From an uncultured Collinsella sp. (GTDB lineage Bacteria; Actinomycetota; Coriobacteriia; Coriobacteriales; Coriobacteriaceae), in assembly GCA_900553935.1 (NCBI GenBank), contig USFK01000001.1, positions 1 through 40,861 on the forward strand: a stretch of DNA of 40,861 nucleotides, given 5' to 3'. Of this stretch, positions 9,825 through 18,915 are shown piece after piece (within the stretch, counting starts at the first letter, position 1; each line of letters starts with the position of its first letter). The position numbers were made by a program, and so were the translations under genes. The notes below the pieces were generated by a model. The model saw only the letters and a program-made list of their open reading frames with translations, made no database searches and had not been told where the DNA came from.

Positions 9825-10115
9825 TTAAGCGGCGACGGCCTCATAGACCGTAGCGCCCGAGAAGCTGTCATGCAGGCTCTTGCCGGCAATCCACGGCAGC
9901 TCGACGACCTCGCAGACCGTGTTGACCAGCTCGGAGCAGTCAGTAAAGTGGCCCTTGTCGTTGAGGGCCTCGCAATCCTGAACACGCCAATAGCCATCGG
10001 TGTGCGTGATGTAGTACTCGTGATCGTCAATCGTCACAAAAGCGCGCGTCTTGGAACGCAGCAGCTTCAGAAATCCTTCGAAGTCGGTCTCGACGACATC
10101 TCCAGCCTGGAACAT
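9825..10115 (-). CDS. Hypothetical protein (96 aa)
   Basis: AGGAGGT RBS before ATG 10115, host-like codon use, own terminator. Confidence 0.8.
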   Translation of the reverse strand: MFQAGDVVETDFEGFLKLLRSKTRAFVTIDDHEYYITHTDGYWRVQDCEALNDKGHFTDCSELVNTVCEVVELPWIAGKSLHDSFSGATVYEAVAA

Positions 10116-10409
10116 GATGTTACCTCCTGGCCCGGCGCCACCACGGCGCATTGATAAACGTTGGTACTCCTTTAGTAAAACCTTTATCAGAGGTTATGCG
10201 TTCGTCATTTAGGCAAGTGGTAAAAAACCGCAGGGTAGACGGGATAAAACGTTTAACCATCCCATTTGTTTGTCACATTCTGAAGGTACTTTTATGCAAA
10301 CCTACTTTCCCAATTGGGATCTACCCTTTTGTCCGGGCAATTGACCGTCTATCGTTTGAGCCCGACGGGTATGAACGTGGCATCTGCAACGCCACCGCAA
10401 GGAGACACC

Positions 10410-10931
10410 ATGGAAACTATCGAAGCACTCATCCACCGCCGCAGCTGCCGCAAATACAGTGATCGTCCCGTCGAGGCCGAAAAGCTCGCACGCATTATCG
10501 AGGCCGGCCAGTATGCCCCCAGTGGCATGGGGCGCCAGCCGGTGACGTTTGTCGCCGTCACCGACCCCACGACCGTTGAGCGCCTCTCGCAGCTCAACGC
10601 ACAGGTCATGGGCAGCAACAGCGACCCCTTCTATGGCGCCAAGACCGTTGTGGTGGTACTGGTCGACCGCAGCGTGCCCACGCACCTGGAAGACGGATCG
10701 CTCGCCATGGGCAACCTGCTCAACGCCGCCTATGCACTGGGTGTCGACTCATGCTGGATTCACCGCGCGCATGAGGTCTTTGACTCGCCCGAGGGCCTGG
10801 AGCTGCTGGCCAGCTGGGGCCTGCCCGCCGACGGCAGCCTGCGCGGCGTCGGTCACTGCATTCTGGGCTATGCCGAAGACACGCTACCCGAGCCCAAACC
10901 CCGCCGCGACAACGTGGTGTACGTTAGGTAA
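10410..10931 (+). CDS. Nitroreductase family protein
   Basis: RRSCRKY, APSGMGRQP, NLLNAAYALGVDSCWI; AAGGAG RBS. Confidence 0.93.
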   Translation: METIEALIHRRSCRKYSDRPVEAEKLARIIEAGQYAPSGMGRQPVTFVAVTDPTTVERLSQLNAQVMGSNSDPFYGAKTVVVVLVDRSVPTHLEDGSLAMGNLLNAAYALGVDSCWIHRAHEVFDSPEGLELLASWGLPADGSLRGVGHCILGYAEDTLPEPKPRRDNVVYVR

Positions 10932-10936
10932 TTAGT

Positions 10937-10960
10937 TCCGCCGTTCTAACGAACGGCGGA
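10937..10960. repeat. TCCGCCGTTC-N4-GAACGGCGGA palindrome (copy 1), probable terminator
   Basis: Perfect 10-bp stem between convergent genes; second copy at 34194-34217. Confidence 0.75.
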
Positions 10961-10972
10961 CCCGCTCGCAAC

Positions 10973-11548
10973 TTATCTTGCCGATGGAGTTGTCGTCGTT
11001 TCGTTCGTGAGAGTCGTTTCGGCTTCGCTGCCTTGTTCGTCCTCGTCCTTTTGCGCATCGGCGATAGTGGAGGCTGCCGCAACGATACCGCGCTGGGGCG
11101 CGACGCCCGTCTGGGTCTGAGCGCCCTCGACAACTTCTGTGCCTGCATGCGCGAGCTCGGGCGATTTAAACACTGCGTCCAAGTTGGCGCCGCCGCCGGC
11201 GTAGCCAAGCGCAGCGAGTGCGATGACGATCACCGCAATGACGACCGCGATCGGAACATAACGATGCCAACCAGCCGGATTGAGTCCGCTGCGACGAGCC
11301 GCCCCGCGGCTGATGTAACCGAGCGTTCCGTCGTGCTTGAGCTTTGAGCCCACCACGCGCTTGCGGCCCCACAGCGACGACTCGGCCTGCATGGCCAAGC
11401 GAGCGCTTGCCGAAGGATAGCCATATTTAGTGCGCTTGAACGAACCATCAAACCCCGAGGCGTGTTTGCCCCACGTCACCGATGTCGTGCGTCGGTTAAC
11501 CGGCGCGGCACTCCGCCTTCTGCGGCTCGGTTTTGAAGTCTCAGCCAT
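10973..11548 (-). CDS. Hypothetical single-pass membrane protein
   Basis: Basic N-terminus, one TM helix (IAVVIAVIVIALAAL), acidic/Thr-rich tail; GAGGG RBS. Confidence 0.7.
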   Translation of the reverse strand: MAETSKPSRRRRSAAPVNRRTTSVTWGKHASGFDGSFKRTKYGYPSASARLAMQAESSLWGRKRVVGSKLKHDGTLGYISRGAARRSGLNPAGWHRYVPIAVVIAVIVIALAALGYAGGGANLDAVFKSPELAHAGTEVVEGAQTQTGVAPQRGIVAAASTIADAQKDEDEQGSEAETTLTNETTTTPSAR

Positions 11549-11632
11549 ATGCCCTCGCACGCCGTAACCAAATCGAAACAATAACGCTTTGGACTGTAGC
11601 ACACGCGTCGCGCGCGGTCACGGGCGCCTCGC

Positions 11633-12850
11633 TCAACGGTCATCGTCCTTCAGCAAGCGCCACAGCGTTGTACGGCTTATGCCCAGCACCTCCGCCGCAC
11701 GGGTTCGGTTGCCGTGTAGATGATCTACAACCAGATGCGCGATATCTCGCTCGATATCGGTCAGCGGTCGCAGGATATACAGGTCACTTTCGAGTGTCGG
11801 GGCGCCAAAGGTTGCGGTCTTAATCACGTCCTCTTGGGCGAGCACTTCCTCCGCCACAGCGCGGTCCACCGCGCCCGCCCCCACCAATATATACAGTCGT
11901 TCCGAGACCTCGCGGAGCTGCAGATAGTTGCGCGGCCAGCGGTAAGCATCGAGCGCCTTCGTCGCCGCGGCGGACAGCGTGGGTGCTGCCGTCCCAAATG
12001 CATCAGCGAGATATTCCAAATAGCGCGCAACCTTTGTCGACGCGGCTCCCTGCTCGGCAATCGCCGGCGCCACGCTCACCGCACAGGCGAAGCGCTCGGT
12101 CACAAAGGCGGCTTGATCACTTTCGCTGCCGCCCGGCATGTCATTCGCCGTCAGCACCACATGGCAGCGCATCGCCAACGCGGTGTCGGCCATCGTGGAA
12201 ACGAGCTCGCGGAGGCGCTGGGGACCAACCGCATTCCAGCCCTCAATGCACAGGGTCAGCCCTGTTTGAAACAGCGGCGATTCGGAGCTTTTGAGCACGT
12301 GGCGCCAACCGCGATCGGTGAGCTCATCGAGCGCAACGGCAACAAAGGGTTGATCGGCAAAAGGACCGTCCAGATAGAGGCGCTTGGCGATCTCGACCTG
12401 ACCCGCTCCCAGCTCGCCCTCGAGCATAAGGGGCACGCCGCGCGCGTAGCTCTCGGCGACCGGCGCAGCTACCGAGGCCGCCCCCTCAACGATGCCGTAC
12501 GCGCTCGATTCGTAGCGGGCCTCAACTTCGTCGGCGTTGAGCCACTCGATGCCCGCATGTGCCGCGGCGCCGCGCACCTCGCGGACCACGACGACCCAAA
12601 GGCCCCCGCCCTCTTTGTCGGTGGGGCGAACGGTCAGGCTCAGGCGCGCACCCGCACGCCCCATAACCAGACGCGCGCCGTCTCCTATACGGTCGAGGCG
12701 CTCAGCGACAAAAGTCGCCACATCCCGCTCAAGCGCCGCGTCATTCATGGTCGAAATCGCGACGTCCCCACGCGCATCGATTGCCAATGCCGAGGCCCCG
12801 GCAGCAGCCAGGGCCTCGGTCAAGATGTTCAGCTTGGCATCGCTATCCAT
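11633..12850 (-). CDS. Fis-type HTH regulator with a degenerate sigma54-activator AAA+ domain
   Basis: LEGELGAGQ, YRWPRNYLQL and C-terminal GNRTRAAEVLGISRTTLWR; start codon uncertain. Confidence 0.85.
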   Translation of the reverse strand: MDSDAKLNILTEALAAAGASALAIDARGDVAISTMNDAALERDVATFVAERLDRIGDGARLVMGRAGARLSLTVRPTDKEGGGLWVVVVREVRGAAAHAGIEWLNADEVEARYESSAYGIVEGAASVAAPVAESYARGVPLMLEGELGAGQVEIAKRLYLDGPFADQPFVAVALDELTDRGWRHVLKSSESPLFQTGLTLCIEGWNAVGPQRLRELVSTMADTALAMRCHVVLTANDMPGGSESDQAAFVTERFACAVSVAPAIAEQGAASTKVARYLEYLADAFGTAAPTLSAAATKALDAYRWPRNYLQLREVSERLYILVGAGAVDRAVAEEVLAQEDVIKTATFGAPTLESDLYILRPLTDIERDIAHLVVDHLHGNRTRAAEVLGISRTTLWRLLKDDDR

Positions 12851-13116
12851 GATTTGCCCCTGTCCGTGGCGACGTGCAACCGCCGACAGTCGCACGACCG
12901 AGTGTTTCAAAATTGAACGATATTGCTCACCAAACACTATAGGGCAGAAAGCGCTGTCCTGCGAGTATAGGTGTTGCCCCGCATCGCCATCCTGGCGGGG
13001 CGATAAGAGCTCTTCGGGACTTATAAACCTGCGGACAAGCCATACCCGCAAGAGCTCCTATCGCTCCACCGCAGGCTTGCGCTCACCAGCAACCAGCACG
13101 CGAATAAGCTACTTCT

Positions 13117-14151
13117 CTACCAGATTCCCAGCACGTGCTGCATTCCCAAACTCATGCACGCAATGCCAATCCAGCAGCAAAAGCCCAGCGCGATGGGCTT
13201 GCCGCCCTTTTTGACCAGCTCGACGATATCGGTATTAAAGCCAATAGCCGCCATGGCCATCACGATAAAGAACTTCGAAAGCTCCTTGATGGGCGCCGTG
13301 ATGGACACGGGAAGCTGAAACGCCGTGGTGATTACGCTCGCCAGCACAAAGAACAGCACAAACATGGGAAACGCGCGTTTAAGCGAGAACGTGCTTTTGG
13401 CGTCGCCGCCGGCCTTGCGCGCCAGATGCATCTGCCAGCATGCGAGAACCAACGTAATGGGAATAATGGCCAGCGTCCTGGTGAGCTTGACCACCGTGGC
13501 GCTCTCGAGCACATTGGCGCCGGGATGCATGCTGTCCCAAGCGCTCGCCGCAGCCGTTACCGACGAGGTGTCGTTGATGGCGGTGCCGGCAAACAGGCCA
13601 AAGCCCTCGTTGGTCAGCCCGAGCATGCCGCCGAGCGTCGGAAACACGAGCGCCGCGATAACGTTAAACAGGAAGATGACCGAAATAGCCTGGGCAATCT
13701 CGCGATCGTCGGCATCGATGACGGGCGCGGTCGCGGCGATGGCAGAACCGCCGCAAATCGACGAACCCACACCCACAAGCGTCGCGATCTTGCCCGGCAC
13801 GTTCATAACGCGGCAGAGCACGAAGGCGATGACAAGCGAGGTCGAAATTGTCGCCACGATAATCGGTAGCGACTGGGCGCCCTTGGACAGAATCTGGGAG
13901 AGGTTCATGCCAAAGCCAAGCAGGATTACCGCGTACTGCAAGACTTTTTTAGATGTATAGGTGACACCGGCGGCGAGCTGTTCGCGGCGATTCTTGGGAA
14001 AGACGAGCGCCAGGACCATGCCAAAGAGGATGGCAAATACCGGCCCGCCGACCACCTCAATTTGTTTGCCGAGCAACGTCGCGGGGATAGCGATGATCAG
14101 GCAGAACAAGACACCCTTCCAGCGCTCGCGTACGATATTCGCCAGTTGCAT
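13117..14151 (-). CDS. YeiH/UPF0324 putative sulfate exporter family transporter
   Basis: GSSICGGSAIAA, GTAINDTSSV, VKLTR motifs; multiple TM helices. Confidence 0.92.
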   Translation of the reverse strand: MQLANIVRERWKGVLFCLIIAIPATLLGKQIEVVGGPVFAILFGMVLALVFPKNRREQLAAGVTYTSKKVLQYAVILLGFGMNLSQILSKGAQSLPIIVATISTSLVIAFVLCRVMNVPGKIATLVGVGSSICGGSAIAATAPVIDADDREIAQAISVIFLFNVIAALVFPTLGGMLGLTNEGFGLFAGTAINDTSSVTAAASAWDSMHPGANVLESATVVKLTRTLAIIPITLVLACWQMHLARKAGGDAKSTFSLKRAFPMFVLFFVLASVITTAFQLPVSITAPIKELSKFFIVMAMAAIGFNTDIVELVKKGGKPIALGFCCWIGIACMSLGMQHVLGIW

Positions 14152-14344
14152 ATGGGATTCCTTCTTTCTCTTTCACGTTTGCGACGGCTTATGATACGGC
14201 AACATTGAGCGCAGCCTTGCGTAAACAAAGACTAAGATGCCGCAATAGTTCTCGGGCGACAGCCGAATTACCCACCGCGGAAAGCTGATTCGCGGCATAA
14301 TTAACAACTGACATATGAGTTTGATAGAACAGTTGCGAGGCGCT

Positions 14345-15046
14345 ATGGAAGAATCGATGCACGTCGGCGAGCAGGAAACGAGCCTACAGGACCAGTCCTA
14401 CCACACCATTCGACGCAAAATCGTCTACCTGGACTACAAACCGGGCGAAAAACTGGGCGTCAAGCAGCTTTGCGACGACCTGGATATGGGGCGCACCCCT
14501 GTGCGCGAGGCGCTGGTGCGTCTGGCGCAAGAGGGCCTGGTGCGTACCGTGCCCCAAAGCGGCACCTATGTCTCGCCCATCAACCTCACTCTTGCCGAGA
14601 GCGCCTGCTACATTCGCGAGCACCTGGAAAAGCAGGTAATTGTGGAGTGCTGTGCGCGCGCCACGTCGGCCGGCATCGAGCAGCTCGACCGCGCCATCGC
14701 GCTGCAGGAAAAGGCCATGGCCGAAGAGGATCGCATCGGCTTCTTTTTGAGCGACAACCTCATGCATCACATGATTTTTAGCATCGCATGCCGCAGCACT
14801 GTGTGGTCGTGGCTCGAGGAGACCAATGCCGACCTGGAGCGCTTCCGCTGGCTGCGCGCCGCCACGCAGGTTCTCGACAATCAGGACATCGTGAACGAGC
14901 ACAAGCAGATTCGCCGCGCTATCGCCGGTCGCGACCCCATCGAAGCGAGCTTTTTGGTCAGCAAGCACCTGCACATGATGTTCCGCAACCAAACCGAGGT
15001 CCTGGACCAGTTCCCCGAGTACTTCGAGACCAGCAAGCTTCGCTAA
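14345..15046 (+). CDS. GntR (FadR/FCD) family regulator
   Basis: GRTPVREALVRLAQEGLV HTH plus FCD-like C-terminus; alternative start at 14315. Confidence 0.92.
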   Translation: MEESMHVGEQETSLQDQSYHTIRRKIVYLDYKPGEKLGVKQLCDDLDMGRTPVREALVRLAQEGLVRTVPQSGTYVSPINLTLAESACYIREHLEKQVIVECCARATSAGIEQLDRAIALQEKAMAEEDRIGFFLSDNLMHHMIFSIACRSTVWSWLEETNADLERFRWLRAATQVLDNQDIVNEHKQIRRAIAGRDPIEASFLVSKHLHMMFRNQTEVLDQFPEYFETSKLR

Positions 15047-15090
15047 CCTGCCAAAAAGGGACAGGTTTATTTTGGCAGGTTTTATCTGGG
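15045..15090 (+). repeat. REP-like palindrome family B, copy 1
   Basis: AACCTGCCAAAAAGGGACAGGTTTATTTTGGCAGGTTTTATCTGGG; also at 17455-17500 (-) and 22038-22083 (+). Confidence 0.88.
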
Positions 15091-15100
15091 CAAATGCAAC

Positions 15101-15136
15101 AAGGCCCGGCTCCGTCTTGATGCGGAGCCGGGCCTT
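15101..15136. terminator. Terminator between gntR and glmS
   Basis: AAGGCCCGGCTCCG...CGGAGCCGGGCCTT. Confidence 0.85.
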
Positions 15137-15160
15137 AGTTGTTAGAACGACGGAACTCGA

Positions 15161-17008
15161 TTATTCGACCGTGACGCTTTTCGCCAGGTTGCGGGGCTGG
15201 TCAACGTCGCAACCGCGCAGGATGGCGACCTCGCGGGCGAGCAGCTGCAGCGGGACGCTCGCCGTGATGGGGCTGAACACGTCGCGGACGGCCGGCACGC
15301 GAATGATGCAGTCGGCAATCTTGTTGATCTCCTCGTCGCCCTCGGTGGCAACGACGATGACCTTGGCGCCGCGCGCCTTGCACTCCATGAGGTTCGACAC
15401 GGTCTTGTCGTAGGTGGCACTCTTGGTGGCCACCGCGACGACGGGGAAGCCCGGGTCGATCAGGGCGATGGGGCCGTGCTTCATCTCACCGGCGGCGTAG
15501 GCCTCGGCGTGCAGGTAGCTGACCTCCTTGAGCTTGAGAGCGCCCTCGTAGGAGATAGCGGCGCCCATGCCGCGGCCCACGAACAGCGCGGACTGCGCGT
15601 CCTTGCAGACAAGCGCGGCCTCGTGCACGGCCTCGGTCTGCGTATCCAGAATCCACTGGATCTGCTCGGCCGTATCGGAAAGCTCGCGGAACAGCATGCG
15701 CGTCTGCTTGGTGGTCAGGCGGTACTTGACCTGCGCCAGCAGAAGGGCCAAAAGCGTGAGGCTCACGACCTGGCCGATGAAGCTCTTGGTCGAGGCGACA
15801 GCGATCTCCTTGTTGGCCTTGGTGTAGATGACGCCATCGCTCTCGCGCGCCACCGGGCTGCCCACCACGTTGGTGATGCCAAAGACCTTGGCGCCCTTGA
15901 TGCGCGCGTCGCGAATGGCGGCAAGGGTATCGGCCGTCTCGCCCGACTGGGACACGGCCACAACAAGCGTCGTCGGCGTGATGATGGGGTTGCGGTAGCG
16001 GAACTCGCTTGCCGCCTCGACCTCGGTAGGAATACGAGCCCAGCCCTCAATAAGGTTCTTAGCGATGAGTCCGGCATGGTAGCTGGTGCCGCAGGCAATC
16101 ACATACACGCGGTCGATATCGTTGAGCTCCTCGAGCGAAAGGCCCAACTCATCGATATCGAGCTCGCCGGCAGGCGTCATGCGACCCACCAGCGTGTCGC
16201 GCACGACGCGAGGCTGCTCGTGAATCTCCTTGAGCATAAAGTCGGGATAACCGCCCTTTTCGGCCATGTCCAGATCCCAGTCGATATGGGTAACCTTGGG
16301 CTCAATCACATTGCCGGCCTCGTCGGTATACTCGACGCCCGCAGGCGTGAGCTTGGCAAACTGACCGTCCTCGAGCACCACGACATCACGGGTGGCGTCG
16401 ATGAGCGCGATCACGTCGGAGGCAACGTAGGAGCCGGTCTCGCCCATGCCGACCACGATCGGGGAATCCTTGCGGGCCACGGCGATTACGCCAGGCTCGT
16501 CGGCGCACACGGCGGCCAAGCCATAGGCGCCCACCACGTGGGTGCAAGCCTCGCGCACGGAGGCCATCAGGTCGTGCGTCTCGGCATAAGCCTCTTCGAT
16601 CAGATGCGCGAAGACCTCGGTATCGGTCTCGCTCTTAAAGTGGTGGCCGCGGCCCTCCAGCTCTTCGCGCAGCTCGGCGAAGTTCTCGATGATGCCGTTG
16701 TGGACGATGGCGATACGACCGTCGCAGCTGGTGTGGGGATGGGCATTAACGACGGAAGGTTTGCCGTGGGTGGCCCAGCGGGTGTGACCAATGCCGCAGG
16801 TAGCGTCGCTGTCGATGTTGGAAAGCTCGCTCTCCAGGCCCGCGACCTTGCCCACGCGACGGATGACGTCGAGGTGCGCCGCGGCGCCCTCGCCCACCTC
16901 GAGCGCGACGCCCGAGGAGTCATAGCCGCGATACTCCATGCGCTTGAGGCCCGTGACCAGGATGTTCTTTGCAATATCAGAGCCGGTGTAGCCGACAATT
17001 CCGCACAT
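15161..17008 (-). CDS. glmS: Glutamine--fructose-6-phosphate transaminase
   Basis: MCGIVG N-terminus, GHTRWATHG, SQSGETADT, C-terminal PRNLAKSVTVE. Confidence 0.99.
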   Translation of the reverse strand: MCGIVGYTGSDIAKNILVTGLKRMEYRGYDSSGVALEVGEGAAAHLDVIRRVGKVAGLESELSNIDSDATCGIGHTRWATHGKPSVVNAHPHTSCDGRIAIVHNGIIENFAELREELEGRGHHFKSETDTEVFAHLIEEAYAETHDLMASVREACTHVVGAYGLAAVCADEPGVIAVARKDSPIVVGMGETGSYVASDVIALIDATRDVVVLEDGQFAKLTPAGVEYTDEAGNVIEPKVTHIDWDLDMAEKGGYPDFMLKEIHEQPRVVRDTLVGRMTPAGELDIDELGLSLEELNDIDRVYVIACGTSYHAGLIAKNLIEGWARIPTEVEAASEFRYRNPIITPTTLVVAVSQSGETADTLAAIRDARIKGAKVFGITNVVGSPVARESDGVIYTKANKEIAVASTKSFIGQVVSLTLLALLLAQVKYRLTTKQTRMLFRELSDTAEQIQWILDTQTEAVHEAALVCKDAQSALFVGRGMGAAISYEGALKLKEVSYLHAEAYAAGEMKHGPIALIDPGFPVVAVATKSATYDKTVSNLMECKARGAKVIVVATEGDEEINKIADCIIRVPAVRDVFSPITASVPLQLLAREVAILRGCDVDQPRNLAKSVTVE

Positions 17009-17170
17009 AGGATAAATCCCTTCGCTCGCGTGACTGCAAAACGCCCACGCACGACGGGCGCTGAGACGTATAACGTTCGAGTATTGTACTCACGCAAACG
17101 CAAGCTGATATACCAGAAGTGGTATCTCAACTTAGATACCACCCGATGCACACACGTCCAGCCGGTCCAA

Positions 17171-17434
17171 ACCACCACGAAGGGGACAGGCACCTTTGTG
17201 GTGGTTTGGACCGGGGCGGCGTCCTATCCCGGCGAAATATCTCGATCTGTAACATCTGAGCCGCAATAAGCCGGCTTAGTGTTACAGATCGAGACATTAC
17301 GGTTCGATCCCAACACTATGTCTCGATCTGTAACAGGTAGAGCTGGTTTTGCCGTCCAGATGTTACAGATCGAGACAATTGAAGGCCCGGGTAGCTCAAG
17401 CCACCACAAAGGTGCCTGCCCCCTTCGTGGTGGT
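17171..17434. repeat. Composite palindromic element (REPIN/MITE-like)
   Basis: 34-bp terminal inverted repeats with 1 mismatch (17171-17204, 17401-17434) enclosing four alternating copies of TCTCGATCTGTAACA. Confidence 0.85.
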
Positions 17435-17454
17435 CGCGCTGGCAACGGCGTTTC

Positions 17455-17500
17455 CCCAGATAAAACCTGCCAAAATAAACCTGTCCCTAATTGGCAGGTT
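17455..17500 (-). repeat. REP-like palindrome family B, copy 2
   Basis: Reverse complement of 15045-15090 with minor changes. Confidence 0.88.
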
Positions 17501-17522
17501 TTGCCACCCCGGGGGCGGGCGA

Positions 17523-17556
17523 TGCTACAATCTGGCTTGTACTTGAAACGCATCAA
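17523..17556 (+). promoter_or_regulatory. Extended -10 and LacI-type operator (probable autoregulation)
   Basis: TGcTACAAT followed by TTGAAACGCATCAA. Confidence 0.55.
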
Positions 17557-17566
17557 AGGGGCCGCT

Positions 17567-18700
17567 ATGGCAAAGGTTAAAATCAGCGACGTCGCGCGCG
17601 AAGCCGGGGTTTCGTTGGGCACGGTTTCCAACGCGCTCAACCATCCCGAAAAGTTGCGTCCCGAGACCCTCAAGCTCATTAACGAAACCATCAATCGACT
17701 GGGCTACCTGCCCAACCAAAGCGCTCGTCAGCTTGCGGGCGGCGCCACCAAGTCCTTTGGCCTGGTCCTCCCCCGTCTCGATCACGGCTTTTCGCTCCAA
17801 ATCGCCAGCGGCGCCCACAACGAAGCCCGCAAGCACGGCTACGACTTGCTCATCGCCAACGCCGATAACGACGATATTCTCCAGGACCATTACCTGCGCT
17901 ATTTTATGGGCACCCAGATGTCCGGCGTTATGGTTCAGCCCATGGCATCCCCCGACTGGCACCCCGCCATGACCAAGATGCCCGTGCCGATCGTCCATCT
18001 GGACATCCATTGCTCTGAGCCCGGCTACTACGTAGCGGCCGACAACGAGGCCCAGGGTCGCATCATTGCCGAACTCGCCATCGCCCGTGGCGCGCGCCAT
18101 ATTGTCGTCGTCGGCCGAGCAGCATTTATGCAACTCACCCTGCGCGTGCTTGGCATTCACAAGGCCCTTGCCCTGCACCCCAATATCAAGATCGAAGTTA
18201 TCGACGCCGGCGAGTGGAACACGGCGGCCGACGGCTATGGTATCGGCAACCAAATCGCCGAACGTCCCGCCGACGAACGCCCCGATTTTGTCATCGGCCT
18301 GACCGATGTACTGGCGTCGGGCGTTATCTCGGCGCTGACAGACAAAGGCATCTCCGTCCCCGAGCAGGTCCGCGTGGCCGGCTGCGACGGCAATCCGCTC
18401 GCCTGGAGCGGGTCGGTCCCACTGACCACGGTAGCGCCTCCGGGCTACGAGATTGGCCGCAAGGGCGTTCAGTTGCTGATGGAGCAAATCGAGAACAAGC
18501 CCGCCGCTAAGACCAAACGCGTCCGCATCGGCTCCGCCGCGCGTACCGTCACCGCGGTCACGGCCACCGAGGACATTAACCGTCAGGAGCTCGTGCGCCC
18601 CTTCTTGCTCGAGCGTGTGAGCACCCAAAAGGCCGAGCAGCACCCGACGGGCCCATCCGCGGCCCCTATAACCGACATCAACCTGGGCGCCTACCTGTAA
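17567..18700 (+). CDS. LacI family transcriptional regulator
   Basis: KISDVAREAGVSLGTVSNALN HTH, LGYLPNQSAR hinge; start moved to ATG 17567. Confidence 0.95.
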   Translation: MAKVKISDVAREAGVSLGTVSNALNHPEKLRPETLKLINETINRLGYLPNQSARQLAGGATKSFGLVLPRLDHGFSLQIASGAHNEARKHGYDLLIANADNDDILQDHYLRYFMGTQMSGVMVQPMASPDWHPAMTKMPVPIVHLDIHCSEPGYYVAADNEAQGRIIAELAIARGARHIVVVGRAAFMQLTLRVLGIHKALALHPNIKIEVIDAGEWNTAADGYGIGNQIAERPADERPDFVIGLTDVLASGVISALTDKGISVPEQVRVAGCDGNPLAWSGSVPLTTVAPPGYEIGRKGVQLLMEQIENKPAAKTKRVRIGSAARTVTAVTATEDINRQELVRPFLLERVSTQKAEQHPTGPSAAPITDINLGAYL

Positions 18701-18705
18701 CAAAT

Positions 18706-18743
18706 AAACGCCGCAGCGGAAATAACTACGCTGCGGCGTTTTT
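18706..18743 (+). terminator. Intrinsic terminator
   Basis: AAACGCCGCAGCG...CGCTGCGGCGTTTTT. Confidence 0.88.
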
Positions 18744-18915
18744 GTTGGCCCCACGTGCCCTCCCCATTTAGCCGGGCCTGCGGCTACGGAAATTTATGGC
18801 ATATAATCCGTTTTTTATTAACTTTTTTGCTAAAATGGATTCAATTCCATATTTTTAGAAATTTCCTATAAGTATTGATTTTGCTCCAGTTTTTTCTCGC
18901 CAAGAAAGAGGCTTC

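Noticed and set aside
10150..10340. AAAACGTTT-like LacI boxes in the AT-rich divergent promoter
   Set aside because: Short, degenerate and expected by chance in AT-rich DNA; no consistent palindrome.
17009..17100. glmS ribozyme (AGCGCC is present in the leader)
   Set aside because: The conserved core that should follow (GACGAGG, ATCGA) is absent and the leader is too short.
17240..17375. Mini CRISPR array
   Set aside because: Repeats are only 15-19 bp and alternate in orientation, spacers 1 and 3 are related inverted copies, and no cas genes are present.
17279..17566. N-terminal extension of LacI in the ORF track
   Set aside because: It reads through the repeat element; the HTH, RBS and promoter place the start at 17567.
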